A DNA stretch of 64,000 bases from the human T2T-CHM13v2.0 reference genome, Homo sapiens (GCF_009914755.1 NC_060925.1); one strand, 5' to 3'. Shown: positions 39,011 through 54,204, numbered from the stretch's first letter. Program-made: numbers and translations. Notes: a model not told the origin generated them from the sequence alone.

Positions 39011-41329
39011 CAAACAAGTAAAACTGAGATACCGTTCTCCCAAAGTTATCATTGTCCTGAGGAGACAAGGGAAATGCATATATTCAAAGAGAAAAAAAGG
39101 AGAGAGAGAGAGAGGTTACATTCTAAACTGTGATTCTGCCAAGAAGCACAAGAGAGTATCAGAGAAGGCAAAAATCTATGCAGATTGAATCAGCCAAAGG
39201 TTTTCAGCAGAAGAGTAAACCAAACTAGGCCTTGAAAGAAGCAGAGAATTCGGAGAGGGGATGAGGAGAGGTGGAACTCTCAACATGTCAACCAAATAAC
39301 AGCTAAAGAAAAGACTCAAAACGAAAGAAGGAAACAATTAGGAAAGCAAATTCAAGAACACATATGAAAGCTTTTCCTGTAAAGAGAAAAAAGTGTGGGT
39401 TTTCAAGTATGACAAAAGAACCAGCTCTCCAGTTAATGTGACGAAAAGAATAACAAAGAATGAGAGGAAATTTATGGTTCTTTTAAGAAATGTTTAGTCT
39501 GGTCACAGCAGTAGAAATGGTTAATCTTTCATGTATTCAAATTCCTGATAATTATTAATAACTTGTCGAGATGGGAGAGGAATGCTATGGAAAAAAAGTG
39601 ACAAAATCTCAAAAATATGGACAAAATAAGCATAAGAAAAGAGAATGTAAACAGAATAGTTTTTATGGACATTTGAAAAACATATTTGTATGAAAGGAAT
39701 TAGTTATGGATTAGTTATGGTCATAAGGGGCTTTATTTCCATTCGTGTTCAATTTTTTCTTTTCTTTTTTTTTTTTTTAACTCTTGCAGCATTTTAGTTC
39801 CTCCTCCAAAATAAAAACCAAATCTAAAAAGGCAATTCTTAGCTGAGATTGACTTATATAGATGACTTGATTTTAGTTAACTTGCTTCTTCGAATGTCAA
39901 ACTCACAGAAATTATATGTTTATTGATTAAAGGTTTTTTAGTTGCAAGTAATAAAATTCAATTCAAGTTAACTTAAGCAAGAAAGGTGAATTGACTAAAT
40001 GAATCCAGCTCATTCATGCAATTTAAAGGAAGGATTAGAGCAGGGACTTACGGAAGGCAGTGGAACAAAGAAGCTAAAAGCAATCAGGGTTTTTTCTCCC
40101 TATCTGCCTCACCTCAGCTTCTTTCTACACATCTGCTTCTTCTCTTTCTCTTTGAACTTTCCCTGCTTCTCATTTCATGGAACAGGTAGATTAACCCTTC
40201 CCTTCCCACCCCTACTCCAGCTCCCCAGTTAGTATTCCTACCTCTCAAGAGATCATTCTAAACTGAAATATCTTCCGCTATTCCCTATTCCAAATTCCCA
40301 GAGTATAAAATATGAATGTTCAAATGGGTCCCAGAGCCAACAAGGCCCACAATGTCCCAGACAAGTAGCCCTTTTTATTTCTCTAACTTTGTGTTGTACC
40401 ACTCTCCCATTTGTTCACTGGACTCCTGACACACTGGCCTTTTGCAGTTCTTAGAAGATGGCAGGCTTTCTCCCTTCAGAGACTTTGCACTCACTGTCCC
40501 CTTTAACAAAATCCTTCCTCCTCCAGATGTGGCTAAAATGGGCTCATCTTCTCAGCTGCATCTCCCCTTAGGTGCCATTGCCTCCAAGAAGGCTGCCTTG
40601 AGCATTCTATCTTAAGTGGAAATTCCTTGCCCATCCACCCCATTTATTCTGTATCAGAGAATCTTGTTTAAAATCTATGTTAATACTCACTGGAATTGGA
40701 TTGATTCCTTTCCTGTGTGTGTATTTACTTGGGTAATATCCATCTTTCCTAATTGATTATAAGGAGCATACTATAACACTAGAGGTTTTCTACCCATCTA
40801 TTTCCATCTGGCTTACTAATAATTTTCTATTTTTTTCAGGTATCTAGCAGTCCCCCAAATTACACTGTGCCTCATTAGAAGCTAAAAGAAAAATAAGTTA
40901 TCTTTCACCTCTGAGTATAATTCTGGCTTGTTACAATGCTTGTAACTACAGCAGCCATCTTTGTTTATAGTTGAAGGATGGAGTCAATCTGAGTGAAGAT
41001 GGCAAAGCAGACAGATAGAAAAAAATCTGAGACCTTGATGACACTTTCGAACCTCGGAATTAGTCAACTCTGAAGTCTGCATACCATAGAATCCCAGCTA
41101 CATGGGATTACAGATATCTTTAGTTGTGAACTACTTTGAGATAACATTTCAGTGGCTTAGACCTAACCAAGCCACTCTGGGGGTAGGAACCATGACTCTG
41201 TTGCTTTCCATTGTGTTTTTAGGGACTAGCACAGTGCCTGGTTCAGAATAGAGGTCTGGGATAATTAGCAAAATGAATGAATTTGTTCTATCATCAGAAG
41301 CCATAAAGATGAAATCATGTATACAAACA

Positions 41330-43155
41330 TGATTGCCAGAGGCACCAAATAAATTCACTGGAGAAAGAAAAGACATTTTAATAAATGGTGCTGAACCACT
41401 GGATATCCATCAGGGAAAAAATAAAATAAATCTCAACCCCATCTCACTGCATAAACACAAATTGATTTGAGATGGAAAACAAATATGAATGTAAAAGATA
41501 GAACAATAAAGTTTTTAGATGAAAGTACATTTTCATGATCATTGAGTAAGCAAATATTTCATAGATAGCACATAAAACAATGCTGGTGGAGCACTTCTAA
41601 TCTGAAAATCCAAAATCTGAAATGCTCTAAAACCAAAAATTTTTGAGTGCCAACATGATGCCACAAGTGGAAAATTCCCCATGACCTCATGTGACAAGTC
41701 ACAGTGAAAATGCAGGCACACAACCTATGGTTTATTTAGCATCCCCAAAGAAAAAAATGATTTTTCTCAGAAAAACACAAACAAATGTTTTTTTGTCAGC
41801 ATACCTACCTTAATCTCAAAAACAAGCTGCACAAAGCACCAAGGTAGCTGGAAACAAATAATACATTCGAAATGGTTCAATCCACAAATGGCTGAGATAA
41901 TGACACTTGCTTTCTGATAGTTCAGTGTATGCAAACTTTGTTTCATGCACAAAATTATTAAAAGTATTATACAAAATTACCTTCAGCCTATGGGTATATA
42001 GTCTATATAAGACACAAGTGATATTTTTGTGTTTAGACTTGGGTCTTATCCCTGTAATATATCATGTATACACAAACATCCCCAAGGCTGAAAATATCCT
42101 AAATCCAAAACACTTTTGGTCCCATGCATTTCAGATAAGGAATACTCAACCTGTATCATAAGAGGAAACATTGGTAAACTAGATTTCATTGAAATTGAAA
42201 TTTCTCTTCATCAAAATATACCATTAAGGAAATGAATAGGCAAGCCACAGCCTGGGAGGAAATATTTATGGTGCATAATCTGTCAAAGAGTTTTTTTCTA
42301 GAATATAGAAAGAACACCTATAAATCTACAGTCAAAACAGCAACAACCCAATAAAACTGGGCAAAAGGCATAAACAGACACTTCACAGAAGAAAACATAG
42401 GAGTAATCAATAAGCACATGAGAAGGTCCTCAATGTCCATTATTAAGAAAATGCAAACAAAAATAACAATGTCATGTCACTTCATATTTACTAAAATGGC
42501 CAAAATTTAAAAGAATGATGATGAAAATGCTAGCAAATATGTAAAAAAATTGGGACTTTCATACATTGTTGGTGAAGTGTAAAATGATAAAAACTACTTT
42601 GAAAAACTGTTCGGTAAAGATACAGCTAACCTATGAGCCAGTAATTCCACTCTTAAATATTTATCTAAAGGAAATGGCCAACAAACACTCATTCAAGAAT
42701 GTCCATGGCAATCTTAGTCATAAAACCCAAACTCTTTAAAAAATCCAAATGTTCTTCAACAGGATAATAATTAAACAAAATGTGATGTATTCCTAAAATG
42801 GAATATTATTTAACAATACAAAGAAACAAAACAACTGATACATGTGACAATATGGCTTAATCTCAAAACAAGCTGCACAAAGCACCAAGGTAGCTAGAAA
42901 CAAAGAATACATTTGAAATGGTTCAATTTATAAGAAGGACAAAAATCGGTGCAACAAATCTGTGGTGATAGAAATCAGAAAGCAGTTGCCTCATTTTGGA
43001 GTGTGGGCAGGATTAGATAGGGGCATGTGGAAATTTCCTGGGTCGATGACAATATTTTGTACATTTTGTGATGGGGGTGTATACAATTAGCAAACCTCAT
43101 TGAATGGTACACTTAATATCTGTGCATTTTGTCATGTATATTATTAAATTAAAAT
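41330..43155 (+). mobile_element. Ancient L1M (MC/MD/ME-type) ORF2 3' end and 3'UTR, interrupted by Tigger4
   Basis: aataaatggtgctg..ctggatatcc; gacacttcacagaagaa; 3'UTR ggtgatagaaatcagaa..gtacacttaatatctgtgcattt. Confidence 0.8.
41583..42153. mobile_element. Tigger4 (MER46/Zombi) internal-deletion derivative
   Basis: TIRs ctggtggagcacttctaatctgaaa / tttcagataaggaatactcaacctg; TA (left copy mutated to TG) target; characteristic atccaaaatctgaaatgctc subterminal repeats. Confidence 0.85.
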
Positions 43156-44369
43156 GTGTGTGCATGTGCGTGTGTGTGTAGAAAATGACTGCTGCCAAGA
43201 AGAGTCAACTCTTGTGGATGAAGAGAGCCATATAAATACAGCCCTTGTGAAAAGCTACATCAAAGAGTACTTATACTAATAGGGCATATATTCATATTAC
43301 ATTTCCTAAAGCCTAGAATTAATAGTATTCGCAAGCTAAACCGCATAATGAAATTGATTGGAGAGCTCTTCCTTATGACACTGAGTTGAAATACAGATAC
43401 CTATGTTAAAGAAGGAGGAAAGCAGCATGTTGTGGATTAAAAGTAGACATTTAAGAGACTGCTAATTATGAACAATTTTCCAAAATGTGCTTCACAAAAA
43501 ACTAATGTCCCTCAAGAAATTAATCTATGTTAAATGAAAAAAGTATCACCTGATCAAATAAGCACAGGAAATGTATATTATGTCCCCTTTTTCAATATTC
43601 ACAGTATATATAACCATATTAAAACTCTCAGAAATTGTAATATAAAGAATCACTGATTTTATTTAACTCAGAATTTCCCCAAAGCATGCCAATACAATTT
43701 TCAAAAACAGCAGACATAACTATTATTTAAATTCTAAGTTTTACATTCCTCCTATAATTTGTCATAATAGAAGAGGAATGTATTTAAGAGTAAGTAAGCC
43801 TGTTACATAATTAATTTGTGATAACATATTTCTCATTGAATAATAGAACTCAAAGGTATAATGTAATATTCTAAACAGATATCTGCTTTCTAGACATCTT
43901 TACCCCAAACATACCTATGCTATAAGTGAAAAAATGTATTCTGCCAATATTATTGTAATTGCCTCCTAGCTAGTCTACTTACTTCCACCCTTGTCCTCTA
44001 CAATAAAGTGACCGGTTACCATACTTCCCACAAGTTACTTTACTTTTCAATGTTTCATTTTCTCTATATATAAAATGAGTATAGTTGAATATTTCTTTAA
44101 ATTGATTGGGGTTTAAATATCTTAGCATTTTTATGAAACATTTGCACCATATAGGCAAAAATTATATTATCTATTCATTATTTGTGGCTTGAAATATAAT
44201 TATTTTCTGAATTTCATGAATATTAGTTGAGCATCTACTACATGCAGCAGAACCTACTGAATTAATGTAGGACATTTCGGAATGTAGTTCTTTCATTTAT
44301 TTAAAGAGTTCCTTAAAGCAATTTCCAGAAGAATAGAAAGAGATTAAAATTAGGCCCGTATTTATTTAT

Positions 44370-46480
44370 CCATCCATTCATCCATCCATCTTTTCCTTCT
44401 TTCATTTAAACATGCCAGATTCAAGATATATTTCACATATTAACAGTGTTTGCTAATGGAAAGAATTTGTGGTGAGAGCAAAAGATGAAGGAAGAATCTC
44501 TTCTGGTCTTTAGCCCAAGCAGCCGCAAGGAAAATTGTATCATTTATTAATATGGGAAAAAGTAAGTAGGGGGCATAGAGTTAGAGTTAAAAATTAAAAT
44601 CTGTCTTTTCTATATATTAGGTTTGAAATGCCTTTTAGAAATCTAGTAAATAAGTAGGATAGACAAACATCGATCCCAGGGCTGCAGCCATAGACTTCAG
44701 AGGTGTCAAGATATATAGATAATATCTAAAGCCATGGGAATAGAAAATAAGGGAGAGGACAGAAAATATCTTAAATAAAAGCCCTGGGATACCACAACAT
44801 TTAGATGGTAGGAAAAGGGAAAGGATGCAGCAATGGAAACTGATTTGACACAGCCAGTGATATAGGTAGTAAACCTAAAAAATATGTATTTCAAAAGCTA
44901 ACACTGAAAAGCTGGGGGAGTGGGGGTACAGAGGGATGGTCAATTGAGTCAACTGTTGCTGACACATAAAGTAAGATAGGAATCAAAGACTAACCACCAT
45001 TGGATATAGGAATATAGGACATGTCAATGACCCCAACCAGTTGAGATTCATATCAGGAAGGGCCCTGTAGGCCACTGTCAGGATTTGGGACTCTAATCTG
45101 AGCAAGGTGAAAGCCATTGGATGGTATTAGGAAAATGACTGAGATGATCTGATATCCACTTAAAGAGGCCACTCCAGCCATTCTGTTAGGCTAGATGGTG
45201 AGTAGACAAAGGGAGAAGCAAGGAGGTCTGTTAGGAAATCACTACAATAATTTAGAAAAGAGAATGTGATGGTTTGGACCAGGGAGATAGCAATCAAGGT
45301 GATAAGAAACCAGATTTTATATACATTTTAAGGATAGAACAAGCATGATTCACAGATGGATTAGATGTATAAAATGAAAGAAACAAAGGAATCACAAGTA
45401 ACTCCAAAACACTTGGCCTCAAAATCTGGGAAGATAAAGTTATTGTGTTAGTTAATGGCACTCCTAAGCATGTGAGGAAATGAGGAGGTACACGTAAAGG
45501 GACCAAGGAATGACCAACGAGGCTGGAGAAAATTCAAGAGCCATAGAAGTAAAGTGAAGAAGAAAGTGTTCCCGGGAATAGAAATGGTCAACTGTACCAA
45601 ATGCTGCTGGTAAGGTCAGTTAAGTTAAGGACTATAAAACAGCTACTAGATTTAGTAACACAGAGATCACTGATGACCATGACAAGAGTTGCTTTGATGC
45701 CATGATAGGGTTAAAAGCTTGATCACAGTGAGTTTTTGAAAAAATTGAAATGGAAATTAAAAAAAGAAAGAAAGAAAGAAAAAATGGAAGAAAAAAACCA
45801 TGGCACAGTAAGGACAAGACAAAAATTTAATTGAATTTTTCAGACAAGAAGTAGGCCACCAGCTGAGGGAGAAATTGAGTGAAAGACAGTTTTTGTTTTT
45901 AGATAAGACAAATAAAAGCAAATTCATGTTGAGAAAGGTCCAATAGAGAGACAAAATTTGTTATTGCATAAGAAAGGGGAGACTTACTGGGAATCAATGA
46001 GAAGGGATGGAAGTTTATGCTCAAGGGGAGGGATGACCACTGACACAGTGAAGAATGTATCTACAAAGCAAAAAAGAGGTCGAGTCTATGAGGACAGGAA
46101 CAGGTAGAAGCATAGATGCAGTGGTGGGGGCTTGTGGAAGTTGTCTTCTGAGTACTTCAGTTTCCCCAGTGGAATAGGAAGGTGGTCATTAGCTGAAGAT
46201 GCTATTGGAGAGGAGATATTGAATTTTTGAGAAGAGAAGGAAAGTATACAACTGTCGTGGAGAAAAGCAGAAAGGTGAATGTACTGGGATTGCTGTCAGC
46301 CTAGTACTTGCTTGCACTAAAGTCAAGCTGCAAGATTTTGTGCTATCCCCCAGAGGTTCAGCTGTGTGAATGCAGCAGGGTGGGTAGAGGGTTGGATTTA
46401 ACCAGGGATATGTTTCTGCCTCAACAAATAATTGCAGCAATTAAAGTTTTAGAGCTCAGCTGTGCCAAGGGGTATGACAC
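44370..46480 (-). mobile_element. L2 LINE remnants
   Basis: Purine-rich antisense L2 motifs (gagatgatctgat, tggtttggaccaggg, gatggattagatgt, ggtcaactgt..aatgctgctg). Confidence 0.7.
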
Positions 46481-49400
46481 CTGTGGATAAGGAAAGAATG
46501 ACATGGCAAATGGAAAATAATCTTTACTGGATGGAGTTCTACTCGATGTTTTAGGAACTTTAAATTTCATGTGATTCTCACAACAGCCTTGTGAAGTATA
46601 TATTTTCTACACATTACATATGAAGAAAGTGAGGCTAAGAGAGATTAATTTTTTTTTCCAAAATAATACAGCTAGAAAGCAGAGGAATATGGAGAAGAAA
46701 GAGCACACATTTTTCTGAGACCCTCTTAGGTTGGACTGGAGAGAAGATTTGGTGCAGTCTTCTGGGGAATATCATTGGCTCAGAGTCCGGGCTGTGGCTG
46801 AGTCAGCTGGCCAGACACCAGAACACAGCTTCCTGCCATCAAAACCCCAGGTGGCAGAAACAGTCACCAGTTTGGCCAGGAATACATGGCGCCACCACTC
46901 ACAAAACCACTCATTTTTTCCTATAAAACAATCATCACCTAGCAGGATGCCAAGAAAATCAATCATGACTAAACTCCCAATTTGGTTTGATTCACTGACC
47001 ACATGTAGACATGATCATAATGTTTGGTTATCATTCTTCATAATAATCATCTGTGGGTCTGCAGTAACTGTGGGCCTGAACAAACCAGTGATTTTTCAGG
47101 TGAATCTGCCTTGAAACAAATTTCCATCTTAGGAATCAGTTGTTTAGTTCATGGGTGACTCCTGAGTCCAATAGAGGGTCTGCTAGTCTCTTAAAGCTGG
47201 AAGGGATTTTAGAGATAATAGTTTCTATCCTCCTCATTTTATAGTCCTAGGATGACTATTATATTAAAATGTAGGCTTGTTATTCTATCTTGAATACTAG
47301 CTTTGTAATGGGACACACAGGGGAGAAATTCTTCTTAAGTCTAAATGTATACTTTTTTAAACATGTACATCTTCTGAATCACTAGTTCCTCTTGTCCCAG
47401 TATTTGGACACTGTGCTTTGCAAATAACATGTGCTTGATAAATGTAGATTAAATATTAAACAGTCTGGTCAACGGGAAGGAAACCATGGCACCTAGAAAA
47501 ATTGTCAGGAGAATTTCACATCCCTGGCAGTCTTTCTCCCAGACCAGGGCTTCATGTCCCTAAATTGGGACAGGGTGAAGGAAAATGAGGACAGGTGGTA
47601 AATTTCATGAAAAAGTAAAAAGCCTGTCAAGGTCATTTTAGCTGTGAGACAGTCTTACTGAATCCCAAACCCCATGTCAGCTGCAGTACCTGCAGCGCCG
47701 ATTCTGACTGTTAAAAGGCTATTGGATGGCTAAGTCAGAGACATGCAAGGGAAGCCCAGTTCTAAACAGCAGGGGAATAAGGTCAGAAAAACTTATCCTA
47801 ATCTACCTAAATATTTTAGAACAATCCTCCAAATAAGGAGAGAAATGGATATTAAAATGGAACATCAAGGATGGTTTAAGGACAGAAAATTGTATTTTCT
47901 TCATTTAAAAACTTTACGATCTTTTACCTGCTTGTCTTATATTATTTTCAAGGTTCATGATAAATATAAATTAGATATGTTCCTTCATAGGTTTAGAATC
48001 AAGTAGGAAACAGAAAAGATTTATACAAATTATCCTGCCACAGGTGGTGTATGGTGAATGTCACACCTAGAAGTAGGCGAACCAAATGGCAAAAGAACTC
48101 AGAAGCTCTATCACAGTTTAAGCTAATTTTTAAGGTGGCTCCTCAAGATAGTATTATGATCCCTATTACACAGATAAGGATACCGGGGATCAAAAGGTTT
48201 AAATGACTTGCCTAATATCCTACGACTAGAATAGATGCTGGGTCTGACAGAGTGAAGGACTGGCTCTGCAGCGACAGTCTGTGACATAGAAGGGAAAAGC
48301 CATGTGAGGCAAGGGAGAATTCCAATTGCAAAGACTCTGGTAAGAAGAGAATTCTGAGTGACGACACGGCAGGCCTGCAGGGAGACCTGCTGATGGATGT
48401 TTCAAGTGGAGTGATGATGCTATTCCTGGCGATAAGAGGCTTAGAAACTGTGAGGCGAGGCTGTCAAGTGGGTCTTCAACATGGACAGTGAAAGTGACTA
48501 GGGCATGAGGTAGACCCTTCTGTCATGATGAAAAGTAAAAATGCACTACGGCAATCAGCAGACAGTGAAAAGGTTGTAGAGAAATCTAACTCACCAGGAT
48601 TGTCATCTGCATCCTAAAGTCTGATTATCCCTGTGGCACAATCAACTTTAGCTGCTGTGACCATTAGTGGTTCCTTAAAATCATCCCATCACGCTGACTT
48701 ACTGGATTCTCAATGCACTAGGAATTAGGGAACAATTCTAGAGGATCTGATTTGGTGGGGGTTCTACTGTCCTGGTTTGAGCTTTCCCTCTCTGATAGCA
48801 TAGAGCTTCATAATGGTGAGAGACTCATCAGGCAGTAGTGTGGAGCCCTGCAGTCTCTCAGCTTCCTGTCCTTTGCCATTATCACATTGCTATTGGTTTA
48901 ATTGTCTGTCCTCTCTCCTAGACTGTTGCTTTTTGTGACCAGAAACTGTCTTTCTACTTATTGTTTTCCCTCAACATTAGCAGAGTTTCTAGAATATAGT
49001 CAGTGGTCAATAAATGGTGTTGAATAAATCAAGTAGTATTTGAGTTGAGTCATTGAACATAAATAAATATGTATCAAGTAGCCTGGGGAAGTGGAGTAAA
49101 AGGAGGCAGGAACCATTTCACCCAGAGTGATCTGGGCAAAATTGGAAAAAGTAACATATGACAGAGATCAGAAGCACTGCATAACATATTGGGTGGGAAC
49201 ATTGACTTTGGAGGCAGAGGCCTGGGTTCAAATCACAGCTCTGTTTCTTAACAGTTAAATGATCTTGGGCTACAGTTCAGAAGAAAAATAAAATAAAATA
49301 AAAACTACTGGAGCATCACTCCTAGGGAAGGAGGCAAAGCGAAGAAACCAAGAGTGTCTGTATTTTCCATTCCATATTCCCAATCCCTCCATGAGAGAGG

Positions 49401-50384
49401 TGAGACTGACATATTTGCTTACTGAGAGGTATTTTATTTCCTAAAACATATTTGTTGCCACTCATTTGAGAACTACATTTTATTTGGTATTGAACAGAGA
49501 CGGGTAGGCTTCTAAAATAATCTAACATTATACCACAAGAATCAGCAATTTCTCAATGAATCCTAAAAATATTTATAAAACTTTTAATGTAGAACAAAAT
49601 TTGGTTATATGACACCAGGAGATGCAAATTAAATCATATGCATAAAAGTAATTTGTAAACTGTTACCTGCTCTATAAAAATCATTTGAGAGACCCAATGG
49701 CATAGTGGAAAACTTACATAAAGTTAGAAGACTTGGGCAAAATTGCCAACTCTTTCACTTACTAGCTATGTTGCCTACAGAAAGTTATAAGAACTCTGTG
49801 AGCTTCACTTTTAGGGTTGGCAATAATACTTATCTTGTGTGCTTTTGGTGACAACCAATAGAAACAATGACCATGAAAGTAATTTTTTATTATGATTCTA
49901 TAAATAGTTTGGCAAAAAGAAATTTTTTTATTTCCCTGACAAAAAGAGGAGTGAGGAAATACTAATAGTGTCCAGAAAGTGCTAAAAAGGTGATAGAAAT
50001 TTGTGTGGTTAGAGAGTCAACATGATATTGAGACAGTCCTATATCTGGATCTTGATTCAGCTAGTTACAAGTTACGTGATTTGGTGTTAGTTTCTTATAC
50101 CTCAGAGCCTCAGGTCCTCCATCTGAAAAATAGAAATCACAGAACTCACTTTGCAGGGTTTTGCGAAAAGGACAGAAAATTAATGTACAGTATCTGGCAC
50201 AAAAGAAAGCTTCAATAAAGATAGCTGCTATCATCATTATGTTTTCTGCATCATCATCATTATCATCATGTTTACATTTTTCCCTTCTGAAAATTTCAAC
50301 CAGATCAGTGGTAGGGAAAGAGACCTGTTCTCAACTGGTAGCATTGGTGGAGGCTTTTGAGTTTCTCGTAAAGCTCTTGTTTTC

Positions 50385-50693
50385 TTTTTCTTTTTTTTTT
50401 TCTGTTTTTGAGACAAGGTCTCACTCTGTCACCCAGGCTGGTGTTCAGTGGTGCAAACATGGCTCACTGAAGCCTTGACTTCTTGGGTTTAACCTATGTT
50501 CCTGCCTCAGCCCCTGGAGTAGCTGGGACTACAGGTGCGTGCCACCACTCCTGGCTAATTTTTGTATTTTTGTTGTAGAGATGGAGTCTTGCCATGTTGC
50601 CCAGGCAAGTCTCAAACTCCTGGGCTCAAGCAATCCCTCTGCCTCACCCTCCCAAAGTGCTGGAAATACACGCATGAGTCATCACACTCGACT
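50385..50693 (-). mobile_element. AluJ element
   Basis: gagacaaggtctcactctgtc, aactcctgggctcaagcaatcc AluJ diagnostics. Confidence 0.9.
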
Positions 50694-51671
50694 CTTACAG
50701 AGCTCTTGATCTACTAAGAGGAAGACACACATTCGAATATAGTAGATTTGTCCATTTCTTCACTCTGCTATTAAAATCTTCATAGTATCTATAAATTCAA
50801 TTTCTTTGTCTTAAAAATGGAAGCCAATAAAAACCAAAATTTTGTCAATGCAGAGGTGACCTCACTCAATACCATAAGCAGAGTGCAATAATCAATACAG
50901 AAATTCATTCCGAGATCTCAAGGTCAGTGTTTATTTCTATAAAATATTCAACATTTGAGTTACTTATTTGAGGTCACTGCATAGAAGGTGCTACATAAAT
51001 AGGAACTATCATTCTGGCAGCCTTAACGATTGCTACTTAAATGTTTGAACACTGAATGATATTTAGAGAGTAAAGTGATTTAATAAACTAGCAATTGCTC
51101 ATGCAAGGGCAATCACCCCCATTTCAGTTTAATTATTAAGATGGAATTTTTAAAATATTCCCAACTTTAGCAAGCAATCTTGCAATGAAAAAGAAATTAT
51201 AAAATGTTACATGATATTATGATATAAAATGCTCATTTCATCAACTATAATGAGCACCTAGGAAGATTCAGCTGATACCATATCTTGAGGTCCTAAAATT
51301 CTCTGTCTTTATCCAAAGGGAAGACCAGAGTTGGAAAAGTCAAGTTAATACAAGCAGAGTTAAGTTACCTTAAGAGGCACCAGAGGCTCTATGACCACAT
51401 ATGTCTTTTCAGATACTTTGTATGAATTTTGGGTTTTTTTTCTTTCCCAATAAGCTTTTTGCACTCTTAGCTTTGTATGATTTTTAAAGTTCCATTGTTA
51501 AAGGGAATTTGTGCAAGAAAGAAAACATTCCTAAACCACAGAGTGTTACATGAGAGGGTGAAGCCTGAAGAAGTTCAGTTGTCGGAAACTAGAAAGAGCA
51601 ATATCTGTAGGTTGGAGTGTGAGGTGGGAAACAGACCAAAAGGCCAAGGAGAAAACCTTAAACTTTAATAT

Positions 51672-52532
51672 TAGTTTTTTATTATTATACTTTAAGTTCT
51701 GGGTTGCATGTGCAGAATGTGCAGTTTTGTTACATGGGTATACACGTGCCATAGTGGTTTGCTGCACTCATCAACCCATCACCTACATTAGGTATTTCTC
51801 CTCCCCTAACCCCCCACCCCCTGCAGGCCCTGGTGTGTGATGTTCCCCTCCCTGTGTCCATGTGTTCTCATTGTTCAACTCCCACTTATGAATGAGAACA
51901 TATGGTGTTTGGTTTTCTGATCTTGTGATAGTTTGCTGAGAATGATGGTTTCCAGCTCCATCCATGCCCCTGAAAAGGACATGAACTCAGGCTTTTTTAT
52001 GGCTGCATAGTATTCCATGGTATATATGTGCCACATTTTCTAATCCAGTCTATCATTGATGGACATTTGGGTTGGTTCCAAGTCTTTGCTATAGTGAATA
52101 GTGCCTCAATAAACATACATGTGCATGTGTCTTTATCATAGAATAATTTATAATCCTTTGGGTAAATGCCCAGTAATGGGATGGCTGGGTCAAATGGTAT
52201 TTCTAGTTCTAGATCCTTGAGGAATCACCACACTGTCTTCCACAATGGTTAAACTAATTTACACTCCCACCAACAGTGTAAAAGCATTCCTATTTTTCCA
52301 CAACCTCTCCAGCATCTGTTGTTTCCTGATTTTTTAATGATCGCCATTCTAACTGGCATGAGATGGTATCTCATTTTGGTTATGATTTGCATTTCTCTAA
52401 TGATCAGAGATGACGAGCATTTTTTCATATGTCTGTTGGCTGCATAAATGTCTTCTTTTGAGAAGTGTCTGTTCATATCATTTGCCCATTTTTTTGATGG
52501 GGTTGTTTGCTTTTTTCTTGTAAATTTGTTTA
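51672..52532 (-). mobile_element. 5'-truncated L1PA7/8-type 3' end
   Basis: ttattatactttaagttctgg..; ORF 52249 encodes L1 ORF2 C-terminal [24 protein letters not shown]. Confidence 0.92.
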
Positions 52533-52705
52533 GGCATCCTTAATAATAGGCTAAGGTGGGAAGAAGCATCTGCCCCGGACACCACTACAGCATCAGGGAA
52601 AGCATTCAGGACCACAGTACCAGAACTAGTCTCCCACCAAGACTACCCCAGAAAGCCTCCCATTTCTGATGACCTCAGTCATAACCAGAAATCCAAACCC
52701 CCTAG

Positions 52706-53071
<366 letters not shown>

Positions 53072-53332
53072 TGAATTTTTCTTTACTGTCTTCTGGAACT
53101 CCCAGTCTGCAATCAACCAACTCTTTCACATAATCCAATATCACTTCACATTATCTTCATAAAATTGCATTTACTGAAAAATAATTATAGTCCAAAGTTC
53201 CTGCTTCCCCTACAATCTATTCCAATGTAAGCTTACATGTCTTGCACTGGCAGACTAAGAGGTAGAATTAGTTATTCTTATTCCTTGTAACCAACTTTGT
53301 TTCTGTTTCTCTTATAAAAATTTCTCCTCAAA

Positions 53333-53455
53333 GCTGGGCACAATACTTCATGCCTGTAATCCCAGTTACTTGTAAAACTGAGACAGGAGATTTGCTAGAG
53401 CCCAGGAGTTCAAGCCTAGCCTGGGCAACATATCAAGACTGTCTCTAAAGAAAAG
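53333..53455 (+). mobile_element. FLAM-type Alu monomer
   Basis: Monomer with TSD AAAAATTTCTCCTC 53316-53329 / 53456-53469. Confidence 0.85.
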
Positions 53456-53711
53456 AAAAATTTCTCCTCCTCTAAGAAATCCTCTTATTTTACTTTTTAT
53501 TTGTACCAATACCCTGTTTATGTGCACTCATTCACTGAAGTCTTGAACTCCTGGCTCACAGTATTCCTTTCCAACCTAATCCCAATCATTGTATTTGTCT
53601 GTTTCAATATTAATGTGGATGACCCTGGCCTCTTGAAATCTTGGCCTCTCAGGTCCTTGAGCTCTTCATCTCCAAAGATAATTTCCTCTACTCCACATCA
53701 GCCATTCTATC

Positions 53712-54204
53712 TCTATTATTCATTTTTTGCTTATGCAATAGTAACAAACCACCCCAATATTTCAGTGCCTTATAACAATAAAGACTTATATTTTGCTCAT
53801 GTAAAATGTCAGCTGCTGGTTATCTATAGTTCTGCCTGTCATGAAAGATGCAGAACTATTTTTTATCATAAGTCTAGAATCTAGGCTAAAGGAGCAGCCT
53901 CTATCTGCAACAAGTTGGCAATACAACACAGCAAGAAAATGATGGAGGTCAAGGTGGAGATGGAAGGGGTAATGACAGAGCCACGCGATGGTTCTTAAAG
54001 CTGCTTCTCAGTAATGGCTAGTGTCACTTTTGTTCACATTCTATTGACTAAACCAAGCCACATGGCCAAGCCTGACTCAATAAAGCAGAAAAGTATGTTT
54101 CTTTCACAGGGAAGCACTGCTAGGCACACATAAGAGAAAGTAATGTATAACACTGGTACAGGGAAGACATTACATAATTAAGAACAATAGTACAATCTGC
54201 CACA
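53712..54204 (-). mobile_element. MLT1I/J-type MaLR LTR
   Basis: gtaacaaaccacccc..cacattctattg..cacatggccaagcctgac..tacaatctgccaca. Confidence 0.75.

Noticed and set aside
46731-47114. 127-aa ORF in unique sequence
   Set aside because: TTG start, no recognisable domain or exon boundaries
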